From: Macrostomum hystrix
Lineage: Eukaryota > Animalia > Platyhelminthes
NCBI GenBank assembly: GCA_950097015.1
Contig: CATNEN010000002.1
Span: 5,828,001-5,892,000 of the forward strand
Reading direction: 5' to 3'
Length of the DNA: 64,000 nt
The stretch's first letter is position 1; each line of letters opens with the position of its first letter. This document shows positions 36,191 to 49,400 of the stretch, piece by piece. Position numbers and translations under genes: made by a program. The notes under the pieces were generated by a model. The model saw nothing but the letters and a program-made list of their open reading frames with translations. It did not search any database and was not told where the DNA came from.

Positions 36191-37645
36191 GCCGCCGCTG
36201 CCTCCTCTGTGCCTTTCGGATTCTCGTTTCAGATTAGACTGGAAATGTTTAATAATGAGTAAAATAGCTCTTCATTAAATTTCAATTATAATCTATAGCA
36301 GTGAAGGCAGTTTATATGCTCTTAATATAAAGCTATCACTTCTAGTTTTGCTGTAGAAGACCACAGAAATAAACCTATACTGTGCATGGGACATATCGAA
36401 ATATAATATTTCTGGTTGAATTTGAATATATATTCAACTTCTAATCAGCTGAGGCTGAGGCCCTGTTGAGGCTGTTTATAACAAAACAAGCAAAAAATGT
36501 CAAATAATTTAACTGCACTTTTCTATGGCTCTACTGATCATAGTCGGACTCTTATTAAACTTGGTATACTTGGCCTTTGGCCTATTGATTCTATCTGCTA
36601 ACTAAACTAACAAAAGTAGCTAAGCAAATAAATAAAGGACCAATGAAAAAAATATTTGAATATTATTTAACTATCTCTAAAAGCTATTATTATGAGGCAA
36701 TAACTGCCTAGAATGCCTGCCATAAGTGTTTTGTTTAAGCATGTTTGATGCTTGTTTAATTTTAATGGTAAAATAATTAGGCTCAATATTGCTGCAAAAT
36801 AAACTAACATTATGGGACTTATATTTAAGAAGTCAGTTTATTTAAACCAATAAATTAGTAAATAATTCAACTTCGATTTAGGATAAATTATACTTAGGCC
36901 TATCTAACTTTTACTTAGTCTAATAAGGATAATTGATAGTTTCTGCAATTCATAGGGCTAGCTAGGCTAGTACTATATAGGGAACAGAGGCCTGAGAAAG
37001 GCAAAAAATGTATTTAACATATTAGCTATATAGTTATTGATTGTTATACCATATTATTTAGCTACCCAGTACATTTAAAGATAATTCCAATGCCAATGAT
37101 GGTAGGGGCTTAAAAAATGTAATATCTAGGTAGAATATTAGGCCCGATACCTTATTTTTTGTTTTTGCATTTTTTTCAATAGCTAGGGCCTAATTATAAT
37201 TTCAATAATGTCACTACTTTGTTAAGATACTTTAATTAGATTTTAACTCTTTACTGTCAAATTATGCTTAGGCCTATGCTAGGTTTCTGGTCTTTTAGTC
37301 TGCTATAGGCCTAATCTTGTCTGCAATTAACTTGTCTTTAAAAGAAGCTTTGTACAAACATGTCTGCTAATGAGGGCAATAAAAACAAAGTTGTCTGCTA
37401 TGGCTTTTATCATCCCAAAATATAAGTATCAACTATCAAAGTAGCATAAAATCAATTTTACAATGTTTGAGTCTCAATATATATAAAACAAGTGTGGTAT
37501 ATTTGAGCAGTAAGTTGACCTATCCTTTTGCACAAAAAATATGTACAGATCTGTTCAGATAAGTCCAATAACTAAAAAATTCTGCTGATCTTCTGGTCAC
37601 ACACTGGCATGTATACTGGCTTAGCATGATAGATTGATAGGAATA

Positions 37646-38395
37646 CAGGACAGTTCGGTAACAGACAGTTCGGTAACAGACAGTTCGGTAACACTCAAGG
37701 ACAGTTTGGTAACATACAGGAGACAGTTCGGTAACACACTGGGGACAGTTCGGTAACAATTGAAAGTCAATAAAATCAATCTAGGTTTGTTCTTTAACAA
37801 TGTATCTACTATCGTTGCTAGGACACAAATGACTGATGTTACTGATGTATCTGAAACTGACATGTCATTTAAAGTGTGCAAGTAGGTTAAAGGCTCATTC
37901 AAAGGGATGTACAAAGGGATGAAAAATTAGTGCAAATTGTGTGATCACACGAAATTTGGCCTCACTTGATGACTGTATGAATGGGCCTTAAGTGTGCTAG
38001 TTGGCTGCTGAAATACGATTTATTTTAGCATTGATATCAATATACAAGAATTGTATTATATCAGCATCAACATGAACTGCAGCAACTGCAGTTGACGCTT
38101 GACTTGTTGCTTGACTCGCAAGTTTCATTTTAGTTTTTAGTTTTAACGTTTTATTTTTTATTTGACGCCCAAATGTGAAATATGTAACATGCAAAATGCA
38201 ACCTCATACTCATATTTCGAAAAGCTAAATATGGTTCGAAGTGCTATTGACTTTACTTTGTAACTTTACCAAACTAAATATAAAATAATTTCGCAAAAAA
38301 CCCTTCCGATCCAGTTTAATCAATTGTTACCGAACTGTCCCTTGATATGTTACCGAACTGTCTGTTACCGAATTGTCTGTTACCGAATTGTCCTG
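37646..38395. mobile_element. ~750-bp MITE-like element whose TIRs are built from 15-bp tandem units (GACAGTTCGGTAACA)
   Basis: Left end CAGGACAGTTCGGTAACA..., right end ...TGTTACCGAATTGTCCTG; AT-rich non-coding interior. No clean TSD. Confidence 0.75.
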
Positions 38396-38684
38396 TTACC
38401 ATTGATAGCAAGGAACCCCTTATAAGTTTTACTAAACTAGGCCTATATTGACCTATGCCTATTAAATTTCGAGCAAAATCATTTTGAATAATACTATTTG
38501 CAAGTGTCAAGCAACAATGACAATGTCTCAGATAACCAATTAGGTCAAGGATGGCTTATGCTATAATAGGGGGCCTATAAGACTAAGTCATAATAAGTTA
38601 AGTGAACTAGGTGAAGACAAAGCCAAGCTAAAGTAACTTGGTACAGCACTCAGCACAGCACATAACTATTTGGCAAAACTCCTA

Positions 38685-39089
38685 GTTTGCTGCGTTAAAT
38701 TATTTTTACACTTAAAACCTTTTAAAAGTTGAAATGGCACGCATGGAAGTTAAAATGATAGAGACTCAGAGTTAAAAGTTTTAAAAGGATGTAGTCATCA
38801 ATCAATAGTAATCGGCAACCAGTAGAGGAAGTTGCAAAACATCTTCACCGGGAAGAGGCGGCGCCAGAGATACTCGTTCAGGTGAGTGAGTCTCGAATAG
38901 TGTGTCACTTGTGCCATGCATTCTCCGGAACTTGTCCTTCACTTGTGCCCACGATCCCTCAATGGTATTAGTTACTATTGATTGCTGACTACATCCTTTT
39001 AAAACTTTTAACTCTGTCATTTTAACTTTCACGCGCGCCATTTTAATTTTAAAAGGTTAGAAGTGTAAAAATAATTTAACGCAGCAAAC
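38685..39089 (-). mobile_element. Merlin/IS1595(ISXO2)-like DNA transposon deletion derivative with ~130-bp imperfect TIRs
   Basis: GTTTGCTGCGTTAAATTATTTTTACAC... pairs with ...GTGTAAAAATAATTTAACGCAGCAAAC. The interior encodes TNTIEGSWAQVKDKFRRMHGTS..(frameshift)LNEYLWRR, the C-terminal motif of ISXO2/Merlin transposases. Confidence 0.75.
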
Positions 39090-40143
39090 ATATTTTTGTT
39101 TCCATTTTCCTTTTTTAGTACCAGGCAAGAACAGACAACGCCAGCATCAATTGATATTTATAAAGCACCGTGTTCAGCTGCGATCTTGTAATAGAAGTGG
39201 CGTAGGTGTCTTCTGGTGGTAGTCGTTTTGTAGATGTTCGCTGACTTAAAATTTATTACTTTCTAATAACAAAACTTTCTATAAAATGTTATTTCTTTGT
39301 TACAAATAGTTAAAAGCAGTAAACTAAAAAACGTGTAATTACTAACAAGAAATTTAATTTTTAAGTCTTTCTCAGGAGTCGATTGCAATGAAACACTATC
39401 ATTATTTTTATTTGTTTTAACTGGCACCTAAATAATTCGTTTTAAGCTTAACATTCATCACGTTTTATAAGTCTAAAGTTTTAAGTCAATTGTAGCCTGT
39501 CACTTTTTTAGTATTAATAAAACTTGAAATTTTTGGTTTTGAAGCATTTGAATGTATTTAAAGCTTTATTTCAAATCTTATTTCGTCGCACAATTTATGC
39601 TGGTAACTATGATCTTATTTAACTTTAGGATTTGAATCGATGCAATGACCAATCGCAATGAATATTACTAAGATCCTACTGTAACTTCGCCAGTAGAAGT
39701 TATGACAGAGACGAGAGACGTCTCTTATGACAGAGAGACGATTTAACGACTCAACTTCCTAATGTGCGTAATACACTGACAGTTACGTTTAACTTCTAGT
39801 TGGACAACAGTTTCTAAGCTAGATATTTCAGCTAGATTCAGTCCCGACAAATTTTTCTAGACTTGACCAATTCTTACCTCCAGGTTTATGTTTAAAGAGG
39901 AAAGCAGCATTATAAGCAGCACTGGAGCACCCCGTTTAGCTGGAATGTGTCTGGAACGTGTCTGAACTGAAAGGGGATCGCAGATGACAACAAAATCGAG
40001 CAGAAATCTTTGAATTTTGACACATTATTGTCCCAAAAATGTGAACAATACATTTTATTTGTTTATTTTTAGAGCCAATAATAATAATACGTAAAGAAAA
40101 CACTTAGTTTGATCAGGCAATTATTACACTTGTACAGCACAGG

Positions 40144-43100
40144 CTACAGCACAAAAGGGATCAGGGCTCGCCTGTCAGCAGGAAATCTGGTACCAAACTG
40201 GCGTCTGTACCAGGCGTGGGTGATGAGTGCGCTAGCTGCCTGATTCACCAGCACAAACACCAGCAGGTGCAGCTGCAGGCCCCACCAACAGCCGCTGAGA
40301 CTAACGAGATTCAGGTAGATCAGCATCTCCAGATTGTAGTGCGGCGAGGACAGGTAGCGAAACAGGTGACCCTGGGGTAGCAGGTGCTTGCGGTGCAGCA
40401 CGGTGCCTGGGGAACCGGCGGAGTGAAATAATTCTGGGGATTAGAATTTCACTGCCGAATTTTAGGGAACAATCTGGTGGGAAAGGGGTTTTGGGGAAGA
40501 ATCTGGTGGGAAAGGGATTTTGGGGAAAAATCTGGTGGGAAAGGGATTTTGGGGAAGAATTTGGTGAGAAAGGGATTTTGGGGAAGAATCTGGTGGGAAA
40601 GGGATTTTAGGGAAGAATCTGGTGGGAAAGGGATTTTGGGAAGAATCTGGTGGGAAAGGGATTTTGGGAAGAATCTGGTGGGAAAGGGATTTTGGGGAAG
40701 AATCTGGTGGGAAAAGGATTTTGGGGAAGAATCTGGTGGGAAAGGGATTTTGGGGAAGAATTTGGTGGGAAAGGGATTTTGGGAAGAATCTGGTGGGAAA
40801 ATGATTTTGGGGGAAAATCTGGTGGGAAAATGATTTTGGGGAAGAATCTGGTGGGAAAGGGATTTTGGGGAAGAATTTGGTGAGAAAGGGATTTTGGGGA
40901 AGAATCTGGTGGGAAAGGGATTTTGGGGAAGAATCTGGTGGAAAAAGGGATTTTGGGGAAGAATCTGGTGGGAAAAGGATTTTGCGGAAGAATCTGGTGG
41001 GAAAAGGATTTTGCGGAAGAATCTGGTGGGAAAAGGATTTTGCGGAAGAATCTGGTGGGAAAGGGATTTTGAGATGACCTAAGTAGGTTATGAGAGAACG
41101 TTTGAGTACTAAACCAAATCGACTGACCTTTAACGTCCTTCCTCAGGTCGGCCAGGATTCGGGCCACCCGAAACTGGTTGTAAGCCAGCAAGCCGTGAGC
41201 CGCGGAGTGAAAGGCGGCCCGGGGCAGGCTGATGCTGTACTCTGAGTCAGAGCAGAGGTCACGTTGGGGGGAGGCAATTGGAGACTGCAGCTATATAACA
41301 AACAATAGTAATAATTATTAATTACACCTGCCACACTGGTGTGCAGCCGACAGCACAGCCGAAGTTATTGCGTACGGCTGTTCAGTCCATGGACTGGGGC
41401 CGCCACACCCAACCTTAATTACCCCAGCTAATTTAACAGCTGGGTGAAGCAATGCAGAGTTAAGCAAAAAGACACAAATTGTTCCCATTTGATGTCAGGA
41501 ATCAAACATCCGACCTTGATGTCGTGAGTCCCACGCCCTACAACTATTGCTAAAGTCCCCTTATAATCACAATTAATAACTCGATGTAAAAAATCACTGA
41601 ATCTTTATCCTTATCAACAATCCAATGTCCCATCCCAACTCCCATCTCCTATCCTATCTCCCATCCCATCTCCCATCCCATCTCCCATCTCCTATCCTAT
41701 CTCCCATCCCATCTCCCATCCCATCTCCCATCTCCTATCCCATCTCCTATCCCATCTCCCATCCTATCCCCCATTTCATCTCCCATTTCGTCTCCCATCT
41801 CCTATCTCCCATCCCATCTCCAATCTCCCATCGCATCTCCAATCTCCCATCCCATCTCCTATCTCCCGTCACATCTCCTATCTCCCATCACATCTCCTAT
41901 CTCGCATCCCATCTCCTATCTCCCATCACATCTCCTATCTCCCATCACATCTCCTATCTCCCATCACATCTCCAATCTCCCATCCCATCTCCTATCTCCC
42001 GTCACATCTCCTATCTCCCATCTCCCATCCCATCTCCTATCTCCCATCACATCTCCTATCTCCCATCACATCTCCTATCTCCCATCCCATCTCCTATCTT
42101 CCATCCCATCTTCTCTCTTCTATCTCTCATCGCATTCCTCACCTGGCAGTCGCACCAGCAGCGCCCAGACCACGCAGCAGTAGAAGCCGCAGCCCAGGCA
42201 GTAGTGCAGCAGGTTGATGGTGCCGCCAGAGTACACGGACACCAGGCGGCATTCCAACAGCCGGCGCAGCATCTGGCAGGCCTGCAGGGCCAGCGGCAAG
42301 TAGCTGAGCAAGGCAGCAGCCGACACTGCGGAGACATCGACGAGCAGCGGGTTAAAGAGCGTCATGCAATTCCATTAACTTTCCGTTGATTACATTAACT
42401 TCCCATTGATTCAATTCCATTCACTTCCCGTGGATTCCATTCACTTCCCGTGGATTCCATTCACTTCCCGTGGATTCCATTCACTTCCCGTGGATTCCAT
42501 TCACTTCCTGTCGATTCCATTCACTTCTTATCGATTCCATTTACTTCCTGTCGATTCCATTAACTTCTTATCGATTCCATTCACTTCCTGTCGATTCCAT
42601 TCACTTCCCGGGGATTCCATTTTCACTTCCCGTCGATTCCATTCACTTCCCGTTGATTCCATTCACTTCCCGTTGATTCCATTCACTTCTCGTGGATTCC
42701 ATTTTCACTTCCTGTCGATTCCATTCAGTTCACATGGATTCCATTCCGTTCCCGTCGATTCTAAAGCTCCCCACCCACCATCGGGCAGGGCCAGCGGGCC
42801 GCTCAGCCAGCTCCCCAGGAAGCCGCCGGGCCATCGAGCTGCAGTCAGCAGGCCGACGCAGCAGACGACCCCAGCCAGGTAGAAATGCCAGAAGCAGCGC
42901 TTTGGCAGCTCGAGCAGCTGAACGGCCGTCCAGACTCGACCGTCGGGTCGCACTTTACCGAACTGCAGGGCGTCCCTCAGGAACTGGGGCAGCCGGCTGG
43001 GACAGCCCAGCTCCAGGCTGGCCATCAGGGCGATGGCCATTGTGACGGCATCCACCGTTAGCGAGAGCCGGCCTTCCAGGACAGCGTAGTCTGTTGCCAT
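40144..43100 (-). CDS. SRD5A3: Polyprenol/polyprenal reductase (steroid 5-alpha-reductase 3, DFG10), complement join(42779..43100,42143..42325,41128..41241,40144..40406), ~293 aa
   Basis: QFGK..LPKRCFWHFY, MLRRLLEC..YSGGTINLLHYCLG, ILADLRK, PQGHLFRYLSSPHYNLEMLIY and WYRRQF..FPADRRALIPFVL match the family; all introns are phase-1 GT-AG; 882 nt. Confidence 0.92.
40470..41070. repeat. ~29-30-bp minisatellite (GGGATTTTGGGGAAGAATCTGGTGGGAAA) in SRD5A3 intron 3
   Basis: Tandem copies; source of many spurious ORFs. Confidence 0.96.
41310..41555 (-). mobile_element. Decayed family-A SINE in SRD5A3 intron 2
   Basis: Shares GTACGGCTGTTCAGTCCATGGACTGG, ACAGCTGGGTGAA and GTCGTGAGTCC with the other copies. 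Confidence 0.75.
41625..42125. repeat. C/T-rich low-complexity array (ATCTCCCATCACATCTCCT) in SRD5A3 intron 2
   Basis: Repeated ATCTCC/CATC motifs. Confidence 0.9.
42410..42760. repeat. 21-bp minisatellite (GATTCCATTCACTTCCCGTG) in SRD5A3 intron 1
   Basis: Tandem copies. Confidence 0.93.
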
Positions 43101-43364
43101 GGCAACTCACACTGGGGGACGGCGAATTGTATTATTCGATAGATGACCAACTAGACATCAGAAAATCAAAACCACTAATTCCTAATTCCCAATACTGATC
43201 CCATCTCAAATCCTCACTTCCGATAAATGATCCCATTTCTACTCACCCAGATGGTTATAAATCCCCGATTCCACTTACAAAGTCTGATCCCATCTTGAAT
43301 CTCTCATTTCAGAGTTCCGTCGAATCTAAATTTCTTATACTTTCTTATTTTAGTATTTCGATAA

Positions 43365-43800
43365 ATTGATCCCATTTAAAATCCTCACTTCCCAAGATTG
43401 ATCCCATTTTAAATCCTCACTTCCTGACTTCCTAAGATTGATCCCATCTGAAATCCTCACTTCCCAAGCTTGATCCCATCTGAAATCCTCACTCCCCAAG
43501 CTTGATCCCATATTAAATTTTCACTTCCCAAGATTGATCCCATCTGAAATCCCCAATTCCTTAGATTGATCCCATTTAAAATCCTCACTCCCCAAGCTTG
43601 ATCCTATATTAAATTCTCACTTCCCAAGATTGATCCCATCTGAACTCCCCAATTCCTTAGATTGATCCCATTTAAAATCCTCACTTCCCAAGATTGATCC
43701 CATCTGAACTCCCCAATTCCTTAGATTGATCCCATTTAAAATCCTCACTTCCCAAGCTTGATCCCATCTGAAATCCTCACTTCCCAAGATTGATCCAAAA
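43365..43800. repeat. ~31-bp array (GATTGATCCCATCTGAAATCCTCACTTCCCAA) upstream of SRD5A3
   Basis: Tandem copies. Confidence 0.92.
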
Positions 43801-44559
43801 TCTTTAAAGTGCTCAAAAATATGAGAGCACTTTTTGCATATGTCTAATTAAAACTTTTGTTGCTCCTCTCGCATTACTACTGAGAGTAATGGTAACAGAA
43901 CAATAGAAAAAAATTATACTCAAATTCAGAAACGACTCTAAAACGACCCGCCATTTTTAAACATGCAAAATAGAATTTTTTGCTTCCAAATAGCGCCAGA
44001 ATGTAGCGCTGCTGTGTATGTTTACAAACTAAAATAACACTTTTCGCAGCCAAATCGCATTCTCCGTTCGCGCCCGTAGCAACAGAGGGAACAGAAAAGA
44101 GAGATAGAGAGAGAACAGAGATTGTTTGCATTGCAGATTAAATAACAGAAAGCAGAGAATCTACAAAGATCTGGATATCAAACACTTGGATATAGTAAAT
44201 AATAAGAAAATCTTTAAAAAGAAAATTTATTGAAAACTACGAGTAGAAATAGATTTAACAAAAATAAAATTGTTTTAACCAGACCAGACCAATTATGATA
44301 TCAGAAGAAGGTAAGCGAATTATGCGTAAGTGCAGACTGTTACGAAGGTAAGTAGACAGGCGAAGTAACAGTGACTTAATAGTCATATTAAATGTGGATC
44401 TAGTAGCGAGTTGCTGCCGATTCGTTCAAAAACGAAAACAGGGATTCCTGAAAAAGGTATTGCGTAAATAGGGATTTCGCAAATACTAGGGATGTCCCAA
44501 AAGGGGTCTCTCTAGATGGGGTGAATATAAAATTGGGATTCACCAGATGGATATATCTT

Positions 44560-44800
44560 AGATCGGGATTCCCTAGATCGGAATTCCCTAGATCGGAATT
44601 CCCTAGATCGGGATTCCCTAGATCGGGATTCCCTAGATCGGGATTCCCTAGATCGGGATACCCTAGATCGGGATACCCTAGATCGGGATTCCCTAGATCG
44701 GGATTCCATAGATCGGGATTCCCTAGGTAGGGATGCCCTAGATGGGGATTCCCAAAATCGGGATTCCCTGGGGATATCCCAAATATGGATTCCACAGATA
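44560..44800. repeat. 15-bp minisatellite (GATCGGGATTCCCTA)
   Basis: Tandem copies; gives spurious SRESR/GNPDL ORFs. Confidence 0.94.
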
Positions 44801-45519
44801 GGGATTCCTGAGATGAGGATTCTCTAGATGGGGATATCCTAAAAGGGAATTCCCTTGATGGGAATATTCCGAAAAAGGGATAGATGGAGATTGCATAAAA
44901 GAAATTGGCATTCCTGTATTAATGATTTCCCTAATTGGGGGATTCTATCAAATCGGGCTCTTCTAATTGAAATATCAATATTGGATTCCTTTTGTCAGCA
45001 AGTATATCTCGTAAATTGAATTTTATTTAGTTCAGAATTTACTTTAATTACTCTAAAGCTTTGATCTTGCGGGATTAGGTAATTAAGCGGGGGAACTAAA
45101 CGTACCGGCAGCCACCCATAAGCAAACAGAAAGCCAAAGCTATGCTCCAGCAGATCAGAACATCAGAAGATCAGAAGACTAATGCAGAAGCGAAATAGTT
45201 TTTGTTACTCATCAAAGCAAAAACAAAGGTGAGCATGAGAAGCGGCGATGATCGCAGAATCCAGTTAGGCTAATGCTTGGTCCAGAATAAAAATAAATAT
45301 TAGCAGAATAGGCATAATTATTATCTCCATAGCCACAATAGCAGCAGACCCTAACATTGCTGCATGGCATTAAAGCGTTAAAAAAACAATGCCGAAATTC
45401 CTTACATGAGATTTGTGGCCTCTTGAAGATTTTAAATATCAATTTACACATACTTGTAGCATTCCCAGATCTCAATTGGCAATAATTATAATCTCATAGC
45501 GACCGTTTCTACTAGTCTA

Positions 45520-46020
45520 GAATCCCTAAATCCCATGGCTGCTAGAATCCCTATATTCCGTAGCTGCTAGAATCCCTAAATCCTGTAGCTGCTAAAACCC
45601 CTAAATCCCATAGCTGCTAGAATCCCTAAATTCCGTAGCTGCTAGAATCCCTAAATTCCATAGCTGCTAGACTCCCTAAATCCCGTAGCTGCTAGAATCC
45701 CTAAATCCCGTAGCTGCTAGAACCCCTAAATCCCGTAGCTGCTAGACTCCCTAAATCCCGTAGCTGCTAGAACCCCTAAATCCCGTAGCTGCTAGACTCC
45801 CTAAATCCCGTAGCTTCTTGAATCCCTAAATCCCGTAGCTGCTAGACTCCCTAAATCCCGTAGCTTCTTGAATCCCTAAATCCCGTAGCTGCTAGACTCC
45901 CTAAATCCCGTAGCTTCTTGAATCCCTAAATCCCGTAGCTGCTAGACTCCCTAAATCCCGTAGCTTCTTGAATCCCTAAATCCCATAGCTTCTAGAATCC
46001 CTTAAATCCCTTAATACCAT
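45520..46020. repeat. 25-bp minisatellite (GCTGCTAGAATCCCTAAATCCCGTA)
   Basis: Tandem copies. Confidence 0.95.
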
Positions 46021-46401
46021 AGCTTCTAGGATCTTTAGGTCCCAAAGCTTATATTCTAAAATCGCAAAATCCCATAGCTTATAGAATGCCATGATCTCAT
46101 AGGGGAGATTTCAAATCTATAGCCTCCAGAATCCAAAAATCCCATAAGGTCAAAGCGGCAGTCACAAGCGAATTTATTTAAAGGCAAAAAATGGACAGAA
46201 AATAAAACGAAGGCTTGAAACTACAAAACTTGGCGAAGAAGCGATTATATTTTTTCTCGCAGGTTTAAATAAAAATATTAAAGAGACACTGGCTGACTGG
46301 CGATTGCTTCTAGCAGTTTTTTCAAAGTTGCGGCTCCAAGACGGGTTTCAAAGTGAGTTAGTAACGAATGTGAGTTGTGAGTTGGCCTCGGTTCGGATTG
46401 C

Positions 46402-49400
46402 TCATTTCTTGCTAGGCGGGATGAGATGATCCGGCAGCTGATTGGGCAGCTCGTGGCCGTCCAATCGCAGGCGCATGAGATATTTGGCCAGCGCGAACTC
46501 CTCAATGTCCAGCATGCCATCCTGGTCGATGTCAGCCAGCTTCCAGATCCTGCCCAGCTGTTGAAACGGCAGCTTGGACCGGCTCATCTCGTCCTTGGCC
46601 TGGGCGCCGGTGATCTTGCCGTCCACCGGCCCGATGGCGTAGAATGCGGCGTCATATTCCTCGCGGAATTTGTTCACAATCCAGTCGTGATCGAATTTGC
46701 CCGCAGTCAGGCCCAGGTTCTCGCTGAATGCGAACGGATTGTCCTCGCCAGCCTGGTTGAAAGCGCCGCCGGAGACGACACCCCACTCCTTTACCTGCGC
46801 GGCGTGCTCCTGAGCAGACGGGTGGGGTTTGAGCACTGCTCAATTGAGCACGGGGACACGAGGATCTGAGAATCAGATGGGGATCCTAGGGCGATGGTTT
46901 TACTTAAAGATCAAATTGTTTCACCTGAGGATCTAAATGTTTTAACCTGAGGATCTAAATGTTTATACCTGAGGATCTAAATGTTTTAACCTGAGGATCT
47001 AAATGTTTTAACCTGAGGATCTAAATGCTTATACCTGAGGATCTAAATGTTTATACCTAAGGATCTAAATGTTTATACCTGAGGATCTAAATGGATTCAC
47101 CTGAGGATCTAAATGCTTTCAGCTGAGGATCTGAGGTAGCCGGAGTGTTACTTGAGGATCATAAACCAGTGGTTCTGAGTACTAAAGCTAGCGAGTTCTC
47201 ACCTGAGGAATCTGCTGCATGAGCTTAGCAATGTCATCGCTGAGCATGGAATCCACGGTGCTGATGAGTCGCTCCCTCAACTGCTGGAATTTGGAGAAAT
47301 CGGCATGCTCCAGGGACTGCTGCATCCGCGCCAGGTTTGGCAGGTCACCGGGGCTAATGTTGTGCTCTCTGGCTACATTGGCGTAGATCTGCTGCAGGTC
47401 GCGTATCAGCTGCTTCTTCTTGACTTCCTTGCCGAACACTGAGGGCATCTCTTTGCGCAAAGCGGCGATGATGTAGGCGTGAGTCTTGGCCAGCCTAGCC
47501 CGCTTGATAAGGTCATTCAGCTTCCGCAGAGTGGCATTCCGCGGCAGCGACTGGAGGTCGCGAAACAGATCCTGGGATTCTAGCTCGAACAGGCGCTTGT
47601 TGCCCTCAAATTTCAGAGGCTCATTCCAGAAGCTGCCGATGTAGACCCGGGCCACCTCCGGGGTGTACAGGACCTTGCCTGGAATTAAGGGATCCGAATG
47701 TTCTTGCAAACCTTAAAGCTCGATGGAGGGATAAATATCATTGGGATTTCTGGAAACCTTAAAGCTCGATGGTGAGATAAAATTATTGGGATTTCTTGGA
47801 AACCTTGAAGCTAGATGGAGGGATAAACGTCATTGGGATTTTTTGGAAACCTCAAAGCTAGATAGTGGGATAAAAATCATTGGGATTTCGCGGAAACCTT
47901 AAATCTAGAAAGGGAATAAAAATAATTGGGATTTCTTGGAAACCTTGAAGCTAGATAGTGGGAAAAATCATTGGGATTTCTTGGAAACCTTGAAGCTAGA
48001 AGGGGAATAAAAATCATTGGGATTTCTTGGAAACCTTGAAGCTAGAAGGGGAATAAAAATCATTGGGATTTCTTGGAAACCTTGAAGCTAGAAGGGGGGA
48101 ATAAAAATCATTGGGATTTCTCGGAAACCTATGTTCTCGAGGGAGGGAATAGTGGCGTTTCTTCGAAACAAAAATACTATATAGGAAACTGATTTTATGG
48201 AATGCTCTGGAAGAAAAACAACAGACAGGGATAGAAAAACTTAGATAGATCATAGATCAAAGTGTTTTCTAGGAACCCCAAAAACTCAATGGGTATAAAG
48301 AATACATGCTCACCCAAGCTCCACATGAGAGCACCGTAAACTCGCATGAGCTGCTGCGAGTCCACCATGTCGGCCTTGTTGAGCACAATTCTAATTTTAT
48401 CCTCGTAGCCCTTCATGCTCTCGATGACGGCCTTTAATTCGTCAGAGATGTCCAGCTTGTGAGCGTCGAACAGCAGGATGATGCGGTCAACGCGAGCTGC
48501 GAACCATTCGATCACCTCGTTCATGGAGTAGCCGCGATCGACGCGCTGCTTCTCGCCTGGACATTGTGAAGGGATGAATTTAGCTAAGTCAGATCCTTAA
48601 CTAATTGTGGTTTATTATAACTGCGAATTATCGACTAACAAGGGATTATTGCTAAAAAAGGGAATATTGATTGATAAAGGATAGTTGATTGATTAGGGAA
48701 TGATTGATCGATTTGGTATAATTAATCGATTGAGGTTTTGCTTGATCGATTAGGGATGATTGATCGATTAGGGAAAATTGATCGATTAGGGAAAATTGAT
48801 CGATTAGGGAAAATTGATCGATTAGGGATTATTGATCAATTAGGGATGATTAATCGATTGATGATGATTGATCGATTAGGTATGATTGATCGATTGGGGA
48901 TGATTGATCGATTAGGTCTGATTGATCGATTAGGGAAAATTGATCGATTAGGGATGATTGATAAATTAGGGATGATTAATCGATTGGGGATGATTGATCG
49001 ATTAGGGATTATTGATCGATTAGGGATGATTGATCGATTGGGGATGATTGATCGATTGGTGATGATTGATCGATCGGGGATGATTGATCAATTGGGGATG
49101 ATTGATCGATTGGGGATGATTGATCAATTGGGGATGATTGATCGATTGGGGATGATTGATCAATCAGGGATGATTCATCGATTGGGGATGATTCATCGAT
49201 TAGGGATGATTGATCAATTGGGGATGATTGATCGATTAGGGATGATTGATCAATTGGGGATGATTGATCAATTAGGGATAACTTATTAGAGTTCATAGAT
49301 TTTTCGATCATTTACACATTGGAATCATTTGACAATATTATTATTTAAAAGTTGGTTGAGAACTGAGCGCTCACCAGACAGGATGCCGGGCGTATCGATG

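Noticed and set aside
6751-46869. Antisense ORFs over GC-rich exons (e.g. 6751-7125, 18724-19146, 21789-22073, 28043-28549, 46426-46869)
   Set aside because: Shadow ORFs of real genes on the opposite strand, expected from GC-rich codon usage.
48690-49280. Interstitial telomeric repeat (TTAGGG within units)
   Set aside because: TTAGGG occurs once per some 18-bp units, never in tandem.
1661-49311. Long periodic ORFs (e.g. MTQLIAG..., DRLGMI..., SRESR..., GKNLVGK..., SHLSRVSSLP...)
   Set aside because: They coincide exactly with minisatellites in introns or intergenic DNA, appear in several frames and strands, and have no protein-like flanks.
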